Positions 26,501 to 33,045 of a stretch of DNA of 55,435 bases are shown piece by piece. The first letter of the stretch is position 1; each line of letters starts with the position of its first letter. Below the pieces are notes generated by a model. It was given only the letters and a program-made list of their open reading frames with translations, made no database searches and was not told the DNA's origin. Both the position numbers and the translations under genes were made by a program. Source of the stretch: a virus (lineage: Duplodnaviria; Caudoviricetes); IMG/VR virus record IMGVR_UViG_3300042934_000351, positions 1 through 55,435 of that record. One strand, given 5' to 3'.

Positions 26501-28151
26501 GTCGAGCGAGTCCCTGTACCTGGACCAGTGGCCCGCTCTCGCTCAGCTCCTGCAGGTCGCAGAGACTGGCGGCGTGCCTCACTGGATCATCAAGCAGTTC
26601 ACGTCGCCCTTCCTCGGCGTCGCTCGGGCGGTCGAGACCGGTAACATGGAGCACATTAAGTGGGGCTTCCAGGACGTTCTCGGCTCGATGCCCCTGTTCA
26701 ACGAGACGATGGCGATCGAGGCGTCGCAGACCTTCGACATGCTCACGGCCCAGGCTGACGAAGAGCAGTACAAGGGCACGGACTCCGCCTCCATGAAGGC
26801 TCTCGGATTCTTGACCAAGGCTGTCATGGCCTACGAGTCGATGGTGCTTGAGTCGTCCTTCGCCAACATGATCTACCAGCAGGCCGACAAGTACGACCGC
26901 GATCCCTTCGTCATCCCCGAGAAGATGGCTGACGGCTCCTACGTTCGCGATCGTATGGACGTGCCGCGTCCGACTCGTGCGCTGGAAGACTTCTACGACC
27001 CGGAGACCGGCGAACTCCTGTCGGCCTACGCGGGTCGGGACTGGTTCCAGAGTACGACGGCAGGCTTCACTGAGAACCGCGCAACGTTCGCGTTCCTCAT
27101 GAGTCTCGGTACAGGCCTCCAAGGCTCGCAGTACTGGCGTAACAACATGGTGGCGAAGACCCGTACCATCGACAAGGAAGAGATGTCGCTGGACAACGCG
27201 GCGTCACTGGCGATGGGCCTCTTCCAGTCTCAGGGCTTCGCAGACGACCTGACGCGTCTGGAGAACGGTGAGGGCATCGACCAGTCCTGGCTGCTCTCGA
27301 CCTACGCAGAGGATGGTTCTGAAGAGCTCACCACTCTCGGTGCAGAGGCCGTCATCCGAGGCGTCTGGAACGGCTCGGTCAAGCTGGGCGACAAGTCCCT
27401 CGAAGGCCTCTACATTCCTTACGAGATGCGCGAGCAGCTACAGGACATGTTCCTGGATCAGTTCACGCAGGAGGGCGTTGACCTCGGTCTCAGCCAGGAG
27501 GATGCAGTCAAGCGCGCCAAGCTCATCGGATACGGCCCGTATAACGATAGCAGCGTCCCCGGCCTGTTCGACGCAATCTGGACGGACGAGCTGTCCTACG
27601 TGAAGAGCAACCGGTACTACCAGCTCAACACGACCTACGTGAACGGCCCGGACGGTAAGCCGTGGGCGACGGCGGTTCAGCGTAACACCTTCTTGGGTGC
27701 TATGAGCTTCCTGACCCCGTACTACAACGATGAGACCGGTCGCGGCCTGCCCACAGACCAGGTCCTGAACTCTGTGGACTATGGCTCGAACCTCAACACT
27801 GGCCTCCGCGCTCTCGAAAAGACTGACGAATCGTGGGTCATCCCGACCCCCGAGGAAATCGGCGAGAGCATCGAGAAGGCGATCGAGAAGCTCGGTAACA
27901 AGAACTTCACGCAGAGCCCCACTTACGACCAGTACTCTGGGTACGGGCGTCGCGGGTACGGCGGTGGTGGCGGTGGTGGCGGTGGCCGCAACTACGCCAA
28001 CAACTCCCTGATGCCGTTCCTGAACGGTATGAAGGCTCCGTACCTCGACAACATCCCCCAGCTGTACATCAACAACATCAACCCGCGTCGCTCTGACATC
28101 AGGCGTGAACGGTTCTCCAGCGAGCGAGGAAGGCTGAACCAGTGGCAGTAA
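14562..28151 (+). CDS. Giant virion protein (4,529 aa), putative single-chain two-barrel virion RNA polymerase / ejection protein; start may be GTG 14571
   Basis: Uninterrupted 13.6-kb ORF. Beta'-like RDP (aa 807) and IQVSYSILDAIGGDFDGD (D849-D853). Beta-like GENKTLLFHGFNVDMDE (aa 2794) and VRLRVSLGVLGDKKQVALAGMKYTI (K2984-K2993). Hydrophobic N-terminal helices; no Cys seen. The CDS is certain; the function is inferred. Confidence 0.8.
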   Translation: MVLVARDWSSFGGTSNDDAQDVAPAKGTDWSRFGGTGVSNKPWEQGVGWQAGGQMGSTANAFDNEFYDKWNQDIEKAQKENQLLDLYDKNRKFTGIVTRDDAKHGVKFGDVYRDGEKQFNMLDDADIPRAEAYQMLARVTLSDDELAHAQNQDRLEEMVEDKRRVSENDARKGRSAKAFDDKVQSRQEEFVAGQGDEALIVGASAGGAAAALGIAATAAAATGVGLPVAALLGIGALGVGIGATGGLMNKDLLSENAARQQILIEEANRRKDGAGVAQFLRSFGEVYGQSIQPATNIVMGGQDLIAGGGKWNNESDWYATDPETGESLRHGFWDAARFGAGAVDAFGSSAGAGRIAYVGSIGASLLGQGTQLGYQGEIFNDRSGEFQSIYTNEQGEADPFRAASAWGAFGIDAVQSLGVQGMLSSSIRRGQGTTGLANERVTAGGRSFTLDADGRATGRAGFDVSFLAPSEAFRGVTAASLLRLKNRGNVVTADELYRAVRNIENKAGAGWGATLTTGLAEGYEEGVQALLNQWATGEEFDLDEIVSGATQGLSAGLGMGAAGALMARGGDKRLRDQANAARVVTARPDEMDALKPISDEEWSNMTDTQKRVAANLNTVETAAMQTALGNVSLQQAKTILLKDPAAQQRLDIARIALSEAEMRNAAPNTKSYMRITAFEDTKIPGDKVQASFARVGELIEDQRVALELMARGGAADQQIDPETVQMAGEAVAELDQLVPWMQNQMVAFSRSNRRERAFIMDQINAVLDHWGSGTPVDTNLSLPENLVTTDPALALSRAYAVSINFARDPIDQNISFQLLVPTVSQTMTEMNANQTIQVSYSILDAIGGDFDGDRIRSVQRLATSPAEFRRARSGQRSLMSDRTSAIAERHFEEAWLDNYRQAAQSQQMQDLLLRTRANVRFAIRDQVDADPILQQYISQAFAQIETGSKTAIKDFVTAVMKDTRIAPRLLAKGADGLFNVPERLNRLFSNAMADFSQRLSVVTAPDPIVYDVKDPIPMKQGGPVIRERRAVTAGRTMFQESPAAQIFRIFQELRYSPLRTPVEARHLVDREEPLLADLQALYLQIGQGEVESVVEAAYADSEVNARVIAWTQQMSDESARQGERIPVAVLASMAVPHFGQDGRFDGYVTLTQSLLERSIAIDESKYGPLISGDPNLQARFTKLREMTKPPRSDSKAPVHKKRAGAAFVYVYGQMSVRDLTEVHGSILNDQATIDELYRSYRDQDYHGRHSWMKSAKTSGQYPEFIREGDLPYTEETALSAGVSPYRVLIDSIEEAGNFDLSVDENGNPTGIVARQSGQVSTDMQAIVTEIQEGISLAALPENRELTLENLQLFLAQNPQISQAVIGLAAYDPKMAAVFADLNAANPRMAPWLYEALLLPPKTAELNILMNTAILSYRALDIAPQEVSDLDDDPTGHVRDYEKLDDRFHQLFFKLAAADRSGMRIAQLFRDVESITNRGGGVDEFIRLLNNKYRGNQAPFVAWYRDVASFDASAMMRFGAPVAGTEQRKSISELKMATAGIAQTIQKEREAQAAVTDLLAKAREERRQGVETQNGPRMALREAIEFVRKFEIGTGPNEMIDSLTASLETFFAKAADKGVGPDEFAPAAALEVMFHEFAINYSRVDTSTGTIDLDTVIRNPSILLRGPITIMDNSGNEFEWLPEDPSLTDEDAIEDRILTQIEDFVLDNWDGTTRADNMPQLSQGVAQSVIRRMLEPSVWQMTADGRGFQQRSLVDDSLAGMLSRDAYSRLYGDNNAPISERDNGSIMEWLALVNSSSGAYGGNVEVQRYLSKYLAHAASSLKSLSPSDAQKLVSQTMHELGFMLQKVGDIVNQYADDDWNLPADETDPDGRPVDILTSARLSARAERSDRWLRSRFGSSLPDGTTREIVDQWMLQEINALTSAAVSQNLRDTWMKAVQDQDDAAARVAMDQIQSALSDKSIQDKVSEAQFVRDVYLNKEPVKALIEMYGYPPSGDGDAAAARRTLLSNYVKTLGTDLTNRARWADASIHRVANATGRMIGRREDPGTTAASEEDWNAVSRAVISYELIRLAGQQGASEISASEFPKLEYKGDGELTDELKNWDPSQQYVFDDLLDIKSPMVRAAAYISRQSRRDNDVTIGDLGRTLDTGLGDEYRLRQWTIFIPPTAKEASDRFDSNAAQYLVAMAGQPQDVVGIAAATPSDPDIGKVAQVGGLDANLVSVSLASEKGNTPPLTVGDLVFGNPFRLRLNTSRVVGGKVTAGTMMPLANLHGRFVKTFKVGGVEYPMEHIAVFHEASQYWVLDLDRAREVFKHMPRSTVIEMEIVTQAEKIVIKDDTVTGLAHSQYFDGVIDPVTDIDSPRSLIGAQLSAAGGSGRMEQQNALQAAKKGLRALLRADLFSRRERAVMETRWATDLSYVLHLKAMGVAQKGKNLVENDWRFYNSFYKTEEVRHFVASEEGLWSAERVIQWQRENPGLPITDEKGLGPTARLVVPPQAKLRAMYGDFGPSARTLPNGQVWTGDPADIPVFDGVTTARLIEQIPGVFNKTKLNLLGTEFGARRPFTKYSGTRFMDYEKVKERANRLVVRDQKRARLDADRQTSLTFNAAEVSKPGIDLLNKSIRLSPIFDWRRYGIPIDAKTDPGTQFMAARAAADLTASMNRDGRKVVLEFREVDTSRTPGDGVLTAATWGDTRVPGLEAGPGDLLVVDVDSWTDEQLNTIAFRRLEQFMESGADIFLATTESTTNLGILSRYIQQSQRYEQIPGSPNHFRERDYAQPRSADMEALATTLTSTNPISGENKTLLFHGFNVDMDENTAKVKDPEYFKSREVAIVTNIVPSRTYPGFALPKTAKTQTQVVRKVAELTINRPDWMTDSEHRAVTRLNDKYNKMRGGGEFPSGELRKGDFIPQVKAKPNGEIQIYFHRYKHKDVPWSQVQDQLEKQDGIARTTKSVDANFTGFEGEVTNLEASTKHGARVRLRVSLGVLGDKKQVALAGMKYTISSGTGYTPTTRLTPDRDIDLESDYASLSGKNAWQGTMYNHRSAIVAFGWDMRGKLLEAFREATGNVDMTDAQLRQILQDFSRRAEKLPASYLREIISDRGQLANIMSNNGSPVDFNQPGPLAGYVEATLVYLMGAETAGPGDNPVNHIMGPFGGLVQGPSFMGATGQELPRLFTEYFDSLPPTHETRKDIIATMQQKLGRDKNGYYILNPDFTITAVTLKNGKIVRSETGRLQIAEVNSTGDNPTFDRFAEDSAGKYEDWSPHTAALSTTALGTTLARSKDLLSSIFRTVTAEQVPEITQAGKSGASILDTMMDIGSTTDNGAYRWSMDTPSQEWYRQVSRNLGWAYRVPVDPAKWAYPDDEAGKQTDRERKWDEGVKEILSVLHLKENQSSLVHYWVRQTIGQFGDKDPESKDGDVTFDLAMQALADITFNVKANVLPVVDADVPMLHRDDLAAIFEANRSHPKPWLLREGVDIHTPVLQSKTVIPSDWSGFVHVALGVAETGQRNFDAMNLTAVDGLLQSYALGEDALRGLPISRSDLVEAKLWDPQTSRIVMSIDPRKNAYAKEPSILDPATATLSTMFGVQRQGSRWQGARNLSPERRRRDQYRARYRRERGLSTPVETGVRNFRQTGAQYVNESTTKNGVVLAVHDLRHFTTLFNPFLWLGAGVEMTVRNVQDDLIGTLMGTATGGASRLNPINWSKEGQLRLAQFANTRKALAENPAFASMMYGDMQFKDPHIRRNFVTKFTGFLGRSGDWMQDPTYGQPQNTMARRYVEAVLDSFSSTPGVEVSEAALLYNLEKDPQYVKKNFADAHRSATARVANMRSLKMTSLGLLLRSVYEIPGSSQNGGVRMFGDLFLKTPLMYSGYLANVATNMLGLNTANNLILMYLNGRRAGKFARRALGEAYTKDGIIDLSSMIDTLDLTRSMVADGISVSSLFMAAAFAGSTGMASGEDEEERRRRKAMQYQGGGIIYDPRQIENDWRSSESLYLDQWPALAQLLQVAETGGVPHWIIKQFTSPFLGVARAVETGNMEHIKWGFQDVLGSMPLFNETMAIEASQTFDMLTAQADEEQYKGTDSASMKALGFLTKAVMAYESMVLESSFANMIYQQADKYDRDPFVIPEKMADGSYVRDRMDVPRPTRALEDFYDPETGELLSAYAGRDWFQSTTAGFTENRATFAFLMSLGTGLQGSQYWRNNMVAKTRTIDKEEMSLDNAASLAMGLFQSQGFADDLTRLENGEGIDQSWLLSTYAEDGSEELTTLGAEAVIRGVWNGSVKLGDKSLEGLYIPYEMREQLQDMFLDQFTQEGVDLGLSQEDAVKRAKLIGYGPYNDSSVPGLFDAIWTDELSYVKSNRYYQLNTTYVNGPDGKPWATAVQRNTFLGAMSFLTPYYNDETGRGLPTDQVLNSVDYGSNLNTGLRALEKTDESWVIPTPEEIGESIEKAIEKLGNKNFTQSPTYDQYSGYGRRGYGGGGGGGGGRNYANNSLMPFLNGMKAPYLDNIPQLYINNINPRRSDIRRERFSSERGRLNQWQ

Positions 28152-30163
28152 AGATGGAGTTCGACGAGATCGAGGAGTTCTCCGACTGGTATACCGAATA
28201 CCGAGTCGACCACCGGGGTGCCCTCATTCCCAACTCGTTCACGGACTGTGCGGCTCGCAAGCTGCGTATGTACCAGGCATACAAGACTGAGATGGACGCT
28301 CGTGTCGCTCAGTACGAGAAGTACGAGAAGCAGGCCAACGCGGAGGTCGTGTCCCGCAAGCCGGACCTCGCCAACATCTCGTCGGGCGAGTCTGCAGGCT
28401 TCATCCGCCGCATCTCGCGCAATGTCGTACAGCACACGCCGAACGTGTACATCAACAACGAGTTCGATGATGAGAGCATCCCCGGAGTCCTCTCCCGCTA
28501 CATGCTCAAGTCGAAGATCATCGGCGACGACATGTACTCGAACAACATGCAGCAGAACCTCATCACGACGTTCCGTCGTGCCGCCGCCCTCGGCTTCGAC
28601 TGCGTGATCCCTGTCCTGGTTCAGGACAATCGCAAAAAGTGGTTCATGAAGTACGACACGATCTACTACCGCGATGTGTTCCCCGAGCCGGGCGTGAAGG
28701 ATATTCGTCAGGCAACCAACGTGTTCGTCCGTCGCTACCTGACGCGCGGCGAGGTCCATCAGCTCGCCAAGAACCTGGTTCCCGGTTGGGACCACGCGGC
28801 TCTCAAGTACCTCCTGGGCACCATGCCTGCCAGTCGTGAGTACACGGACTACGAGAACCGCAAGCACAGCGTGAACCACGAGGCCTACGAGGTCATCACC
28901 TGGTACAACTCTGCGGGTGAGGCGTTCCTCACGTGGGCGGCATCCTCGAAGATCCTGCTCCGCATCGAGAAGAACAAGCACCCCGCGAAGGAGCACCCGG
29001 TCTTCTTCTTCATCCCGGAGAAGGATGACCAGCAGCCTCTTGGCAAGAGCCTGCTGTCGCTGACCTATGGTCGGCAGGAGTTCCAGGACCTCTTCATGAA
29101 CGGCGTCATGAAGATGCTGGTGCGGAACATCAACCCGCCCATCATCGGATACGGCACGGTCAACGCCTTGCCGAACCTCTCTCCTGGCAAGTACACGGAG
29201 ATCAGCAATCCTCAGGCCCGCATCGAACCCTTCGAGGTTAACACGCAGGCCATGATGATGTTCGGTCAGACGAGCCAGCAGAACGCGGCCAACATGACTC
29301 AGCTCATCGGTGCTGCGGATCAGCAGATGGCAGCGCAGTCCACGGGTGGGCTGATGAGTCAGACGCCCCAGGGTGTCGAGGCTCAGCAGCAGATGGTCGA
29401 CATCACGACCAACAACTACCAGAAGGCGATGGAAGAGTTCTTCTCTCGCTACTGCTCCTATGCTCTGACGATCTATTTCCAGGAGCTCAAGAACACGAAG
29501 AGCGTCACGGTCACTGCTGACGTGCGCAAGGAGCTGATCAACGAGGGCGTCCCGCCCGAAGCCTTCCGTCACGAAGAGTACACCGACGAGGACGGCGTCA
29601 AGCACGAGGCCGACGGTACTGGTCTCAAGGACGGCTCCCTCAAGATCGACTTCTCCGAGATGGCGATCGAGTACTTCGTGCAGTGCGTTCCGGGCTCTCT
29701 CGTTGAGCTTGAGGATGAGAAGCAGATGCGTCTGCTCAAGGAGGTCTTCGTCCCGCTCTCGCAGGCGATGCCCGCCATCGCCCAGACCGGCGACAAGGCG
29801 GCTCTGGACAGCGCGTCCAAGGCGATGCAGTACATCGTCCAGAAGACCATCGAGCTCTCCGGCTCTGCTCACAGCACCGAGATCAAGAAGATCTTCTCGG
29901 GCGACAGCGAGGGTGCTGAGGAGAAGGATGACCGTGTCGAACAGCTGGAGCAGATTCTCGGCGGGACGCTTAGCGAGAACGGTGAGCAGTCCGAACTCTT
30001 CGCGGAAGCCTTCAAGCAGCAGCAGGAGCAGATTCGTGTCCTCACCGAAGGCATGACCGCGATCATGCAACGGATGGCTCCGGGAATCACCGGGGGCCAA
30101 ACCGATCCACTCGCGGCGGGGGCCGGGGCCGCGCCCGCCCTCCCATCACCCGTATCGGCCTGA
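28142..30163 (+). CDS. Probable portal protein
   Basis: 673 aa, helical, directly before the capsid gene; size and P.GKSLL...NPP spacing fit a podovirus-type portal. Largely a synteny call. Confidence 0.7.
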   Translation: MAVKMEFDEIEEFSDWYTEYRVDHRGALIPNSFTDCAARKLRMYQAYKTEMDARVAQYEKYEKQANAEVVSRKPDLANISSGESAGFIRRISRNVVQHTPNVYINNEFDDESIPGVLSRYMLKSKIIGDDMYSNNMQQNLITTFRRAAALGFDCVIPVLVQDNRKKWFMKYDTIYYRDVFPEPGVKDIRQATNVFVRRYLTRGEVHQLAKNLVPGWDHAALKYLLGTMPASREYTDYENRKHSVNHEAYEVITWYNSAGEAFLTWAASSKILLRIEKNKHPAKEHPVFFFIPEKDDQQPLGKSLLSLTYGRQEFQDLFMNGVMKMLVRNINPPIIGYGTVNALPNLSPGKYTEISNPQARIEPFEVNTQAMMMFGQTSQQNAANMTQLIGAADQQMAAQSTGGLMSQTPQGVEAQQQMVDITTNNYQKAMEEFFSRYCSYALTIYFQELKNTKSVTVTADVRKELINEGVPPEAFRHEEYTDEDGVKHEADGTGLKDGSLKIDFSEMAIEYFVQCVPGSLVELEDEKQMRLLKEVFVPLSQAMPAIAQTGDKAALDSASKAMQYIVQKTIELSGSAHSTEIKKIFSGDSEGAEEKDDRVEQLEQILGGTLSENGEQSELFAEAFKQQQEQIRVLTEGMTAIMQRMAPGITGGQTDPLAAGAGAAPALPSPVSA

Positions 30164-30219
30164 CAAGGCAGGATATACCCATAGGACGGTTCGTCCTCTG
30201 AACAGAAAGGAACCCTAGA

Positions 30220-31884
30220 ATGGCTGCACCGGTCGTTCAGAAGGACACCCTGACCAAGCATCAGCTCGTCCTTCACAAGGTGATGGGGATCAAGTCCCCC
30301 ATCAACGGAATGTTCTCGGCATCCGAGCTCAATCCCGGCGAGTTCATGAACTCGCGCGTGGTGGCCGTGCCGGACATCCGCGTCGACGACTACATCGTCG
30401 ACTCCGACATCGCGCGCATCGGCGCCGATCACTACTCCGGCTCGGAGTACACCCAGAAGTGGAAGAACGGCATCCCGCCGATCGAGTGGCGCTACTACTC
30501 GACCTCGCGGCACCGCAGCTTCGGCTACACGGTGTTCAAGGAGCAGGAGCAGTTCACCCCGATCAAGAACCTCCCGCAGGAGTACCTGGCCCGGAAGATG
30601 GCGACGACCGTCCTCCGCGACCACGACAAGTACCTCCTGCTCGCGATCGTCCTCGGCCGCATGACCGGCAAGCTGGTCGCCCGCACGTCGAACGACACCT
30701 ACACGTCGGTCATCGAGAACTCGACCGGCATCAGTGCCGCCGAGGTCGCGTGCACCGGCAACGCGGCGGACTACAAGTGGGTCGCCCAGCCGGGCGAGAC
30801 CTCGGACAACGAGATCCAGCCCACGTTCGCCACGATCAAGGGCATGGTCCTCGACGCGGCCGACCCGCTCAAGACGCTCGACGCCCTGACGACGATGTTC
30901 TCCGAGAACTGGTTCGACTCGAACCTCCCGAACTCGGATCGCTTCTTCCTCATCACGTCGGCGCTGGAGCTGTCGTTCCGCGACGCGCTCATCAAGGCCG
31001 GTACCTACGTGGATGGCGGCTTCGACACCTATAAGAACGCGGACACCTCCGGCGTGGTCGGACCCGCGTTCTTCGGCAAGCTGCGCGGCTGGACCTTCGT
31101 GAAGATCCACCCCGAGTTCATGCCGAAGGTGTTCGTCGACGCGAGCAACATCGTGGACCCGTCCCCGACGCTGACCGGTGTCGGCACCGCCGCTTCGCGC
31201 TCGCTGAAGCAGGTCGTCGCCCTCGCCGCCTACAAGGGCGCGGCGCAGACGCACGACTTCTTCGCGGACAAGAAGCAGGAAGAGGGTGGCGTGCGCGGTG
31301 ACTTCACCGAGTACGTCCAGCACATGTCGTACGACGCCTGGGTCATCGACCAGATGTCCGATGGCATCGTGCCGATCTTCCTCCCCGCCGACCTCGACGG
31401 CAACGGCACGACCGACGTCAACTACACGCCGGTCAACGACTCGTTCACGCGCGTCGCAGCCGCTCTCGCCACGGCCCGTGCTCAGCTCGGCACTGCCGGT
31501 TCGTTCTACCCGGCCTCCGGCCCGGTGGTCAACCCGGCGCGTCCCGGCTGGTACGAGCAGCCTTACGACCGCACCAACGCGATCAACCAGGCGCTGGCTG
31601 TCAAGGAGGCTGGAGACTCCGCGAAGAACTACCCGGCACTGCCTGGCGACACGGCGGTCGATGTCAACGACCTCAACGGTGTCATCACGGCGGTCACGGC
31701 GGCGGCGACGGCTCGCACCAACTCGGCTGCAGTCACGCTCGGCGCGGTCATCAAGTACAGCAACAACCAGCTGTACCAGGTCACCACGGCGGGTACGACC
31801 GCAGGTGCCCAGCCCAGCACGGTCGGCGTGGACATCGGCGAGACCATCGCCGACGGCACGGCCCAGGTCAAGCGCATCCTCTAA
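30220..31884 (+). CDS. Major capsid protein with C-terminal extension
   Basis: Very strong codon bias, AGAAAGGA RBS, follows the portal gene, hairpin downstream; SYDAWVI resembles the end of an HK97-type core. Confidence 0.75.
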   Translation: MAAPVVQKDTLTKHQLVLHKVMGIKSPINGMFSASELNPGEFMNSRVVAVPDIRVDDYIVDSDIARIGADHYSGSEYTQKWKNGIPPIEWRYYSTSRHRSFGYTVFKEQEQFTPIKNLPQEYLARKMATTVLRDHDKYLLLAIVLGRMTGKLVARTSNDTYTSVIENSTGISAAEVACTGNAADYKWVAQPGETSDNEIQPTFATIKGMVLDAADPLKTLDALTTMFSENWFDSNLPNSDRFFLITSALELSFRDALIKAGTYVDGGFDTYKNADTSGVVGPAFFGKLRGWTFVKIHPEFMPKVFVDASNIVDPSPTLTGVGTAASRSLKQVVALAAYKGAAQTHDFFADKKQEEGGVRGDFTEYVQHMSYDAWVIDQMSDGIVPIFLPADLDGNGTTDVNYTPVNDSFTRVAAALATARAQLGTAGSFYPASGPVVNPARPGWYEQPYDRTNAINQALAVKEAGDSAKNYPALPGDTAVDVNDLNGVITAVTAAATARTNSAAVTLGAVIKYSNNQLYQVTTAGTTAGAQPSTVGVDIGETIADGTAQVKRIL

Positions 31885-31891
31885 CCAGGGC

Positions 31892-31924
31892 GAGGCGGGG
31901 TATGATGGTTCCATACCCCGCCTC
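31892..31924 (+). terminator. 13-bp stem-loop after the capsid gene
   Basis: GAGGCGGGGTATG / CATACCCCGCCTC. Confidence 0.6.
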
Positions 31925-31952
31925 ACTCCGGTCCTAGTTTAAGGAGAAGCAC

Positions 31953-32114
31953 ATGGACCCCGTAACCGCACTCGAAGAGATCCTTCGCCAGATCGTCGAA
32001 CTGGGTGGTGCAGGTCTCGACCTCATCAGCCAGGCCGCAGGCGGCAATGGCGGAGCCCCGGCTCCCGCTGACGGCGGCGGCGGCGGAGAAGCCCCGCCTG
32101 CACCGCCTCAGTAG
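31953..32114 (+). CDS. 53-aa protein absent from the ORF track
   Basis: AAGGAG RBS; MDPVTALEEILRQIVELGGAGLDLISQAAGGNGGAPAPADGGGGGEAPPAPPQ; flanked by two hairpins. Confidence 0.8.
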   Translation: MDPVTALEEILRQIVELGGAGLDLISQAAGGNGGAPAPADGGGGGEAPPAPPQ

Positions 32115-32123
32115 GAACGCGCT

Positions 32124-32163
32124 GGAGCGGGGGTGTCGTCTTCCTTCCCGACGCCCCCGCTCC
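32124..32163 (+). terminator. 15-bp stem-loop
   Basis: GGAGCGGGGGTGTCG / CGACGCCCCCGCTCC (one G-U pair). Confidence 0.55.
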
Positions 32164-32180
32164 AATCATGAAGGAGGATC

Positions 32181-33038
32181 ATGTACCTCGGCAATGGCCC
32201 CAAGGACGTCACCGTCCTCATGCTCCAGGCTCGCAAGTCGTATGCCCTGAGCCTCTTCATGGTCGACAAGAATCGCAGTCCCCTCGACATCACAGGGTGC
32301 TCCTTCCGCCTGGTGGTTCGCAAGAATGTCCCGGCAGGTACGGTAGACGACACTGCGAACCTCATCACCAACTCGTTCGCGACTCTGGTCCAGCCCGTTC
32401 TCGGCTGGGCTCGCTTCGAGCTCCAGGCGTCTGACCTCGACTTCCCCGCTGGTGACTACGGTTACAGCATCGTGATGAGCTACCAGGGCTACACCACGAC
32501 CATCGTCAAGGGTGACCTCCAGCTGCAGCAGAACGAAGAGTTCGCCAGCGTCAACGAAACTTACTCGATCGACCAGGCGCTCTCGTCAGCGCTGTCGGTC
32601 GTGCTCTGGGAAGACCAGGCCATCGAGGTCATGACCGGCCCGACCCTTGCTCCGGGTCAGGCAGTGTTCACGGTCGCCGATCGCACCAAGCTCGATGAGC
32701 TTTACGGCGGTGCCGTCGCCGCGGGCCAGACGCTCACTGCTGACGACATCACAGACGGCGTGACGCATGTCATGATGACCGTTGCGGAGCGTGAAGCAAT
32801 CGCGAACTTCTCGACCGACTGGGCAGACATCACTGGAAAGCCTGCCTTCGGCGACATCATCACCCACGACGCCGACGAGTTTATCCCTAAGTTGGGAGTA
32901 CGTGCAGACCTCGATGTCACGTCGGGCGTTCTCAACAACGCCCGTGTTCCGAAGGTCGTGGAGCTCCGCGGCATCAGCGCGGGCACCGCCGCCCCTGCTT
33001 CCGGCAACCCGTTCACCCTCTATCTCAAGCACCCGTAG
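32181..33038 (+). CDS. Minor tail / fibre-attachment protein
   Basis: BppU-like N-terminus (PLDITGCSFRLVVRK...AGDYGYSI) and WADITGKP fibre motif. Confidence 0.65.
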   Translation: MYLGNGPKDVTVLMLQARKSYALSLFMVDKNRSPLDITGCSFRLVVRKNVPAGTVDDTANLITNSFATLVQPVLGWARFELQASDLDFPAGDYGYSIVMSYQGYTTTIVKGDLQLQQNEEFASVNETYSIDQALSSALSVVLWEDQAIEVMTGPTLAPGQAVFTVADRTKLDELYGGAVAAGQTLTADDITDGVTHVMMTVAEREAIANFSTDWADITGKPAFGDIITHDADEFIPKLGVRADLDVTSGVLNNARVPKVVELRGISAGTAAPASGNPFTLYLKHP

Positions 33039-33045
33039 GTGAGTC

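Noticed and set aside
27387-27395. Other GDK tripeptides in the giant protein (also near 16614 and 24765) as the beta-barrel lysine motif
   Set aside because: They lack the following GxK and the collinear upstream motifs found at 22941-23540.
27957-27986. GGY trinucleotide run as a DNA-level repeat
   Set aside because: It encodes a poly-Gly linker near the giant protein's C-terminus using mixed codons.
14562-28151. Giant ORF as an ordinary tape-measure protein
   Set aside because: No periodic tape-measure repeats, no major tail or tail-chaperone genes, the tail genes look podoviral, and enzyme-like motifs are present.
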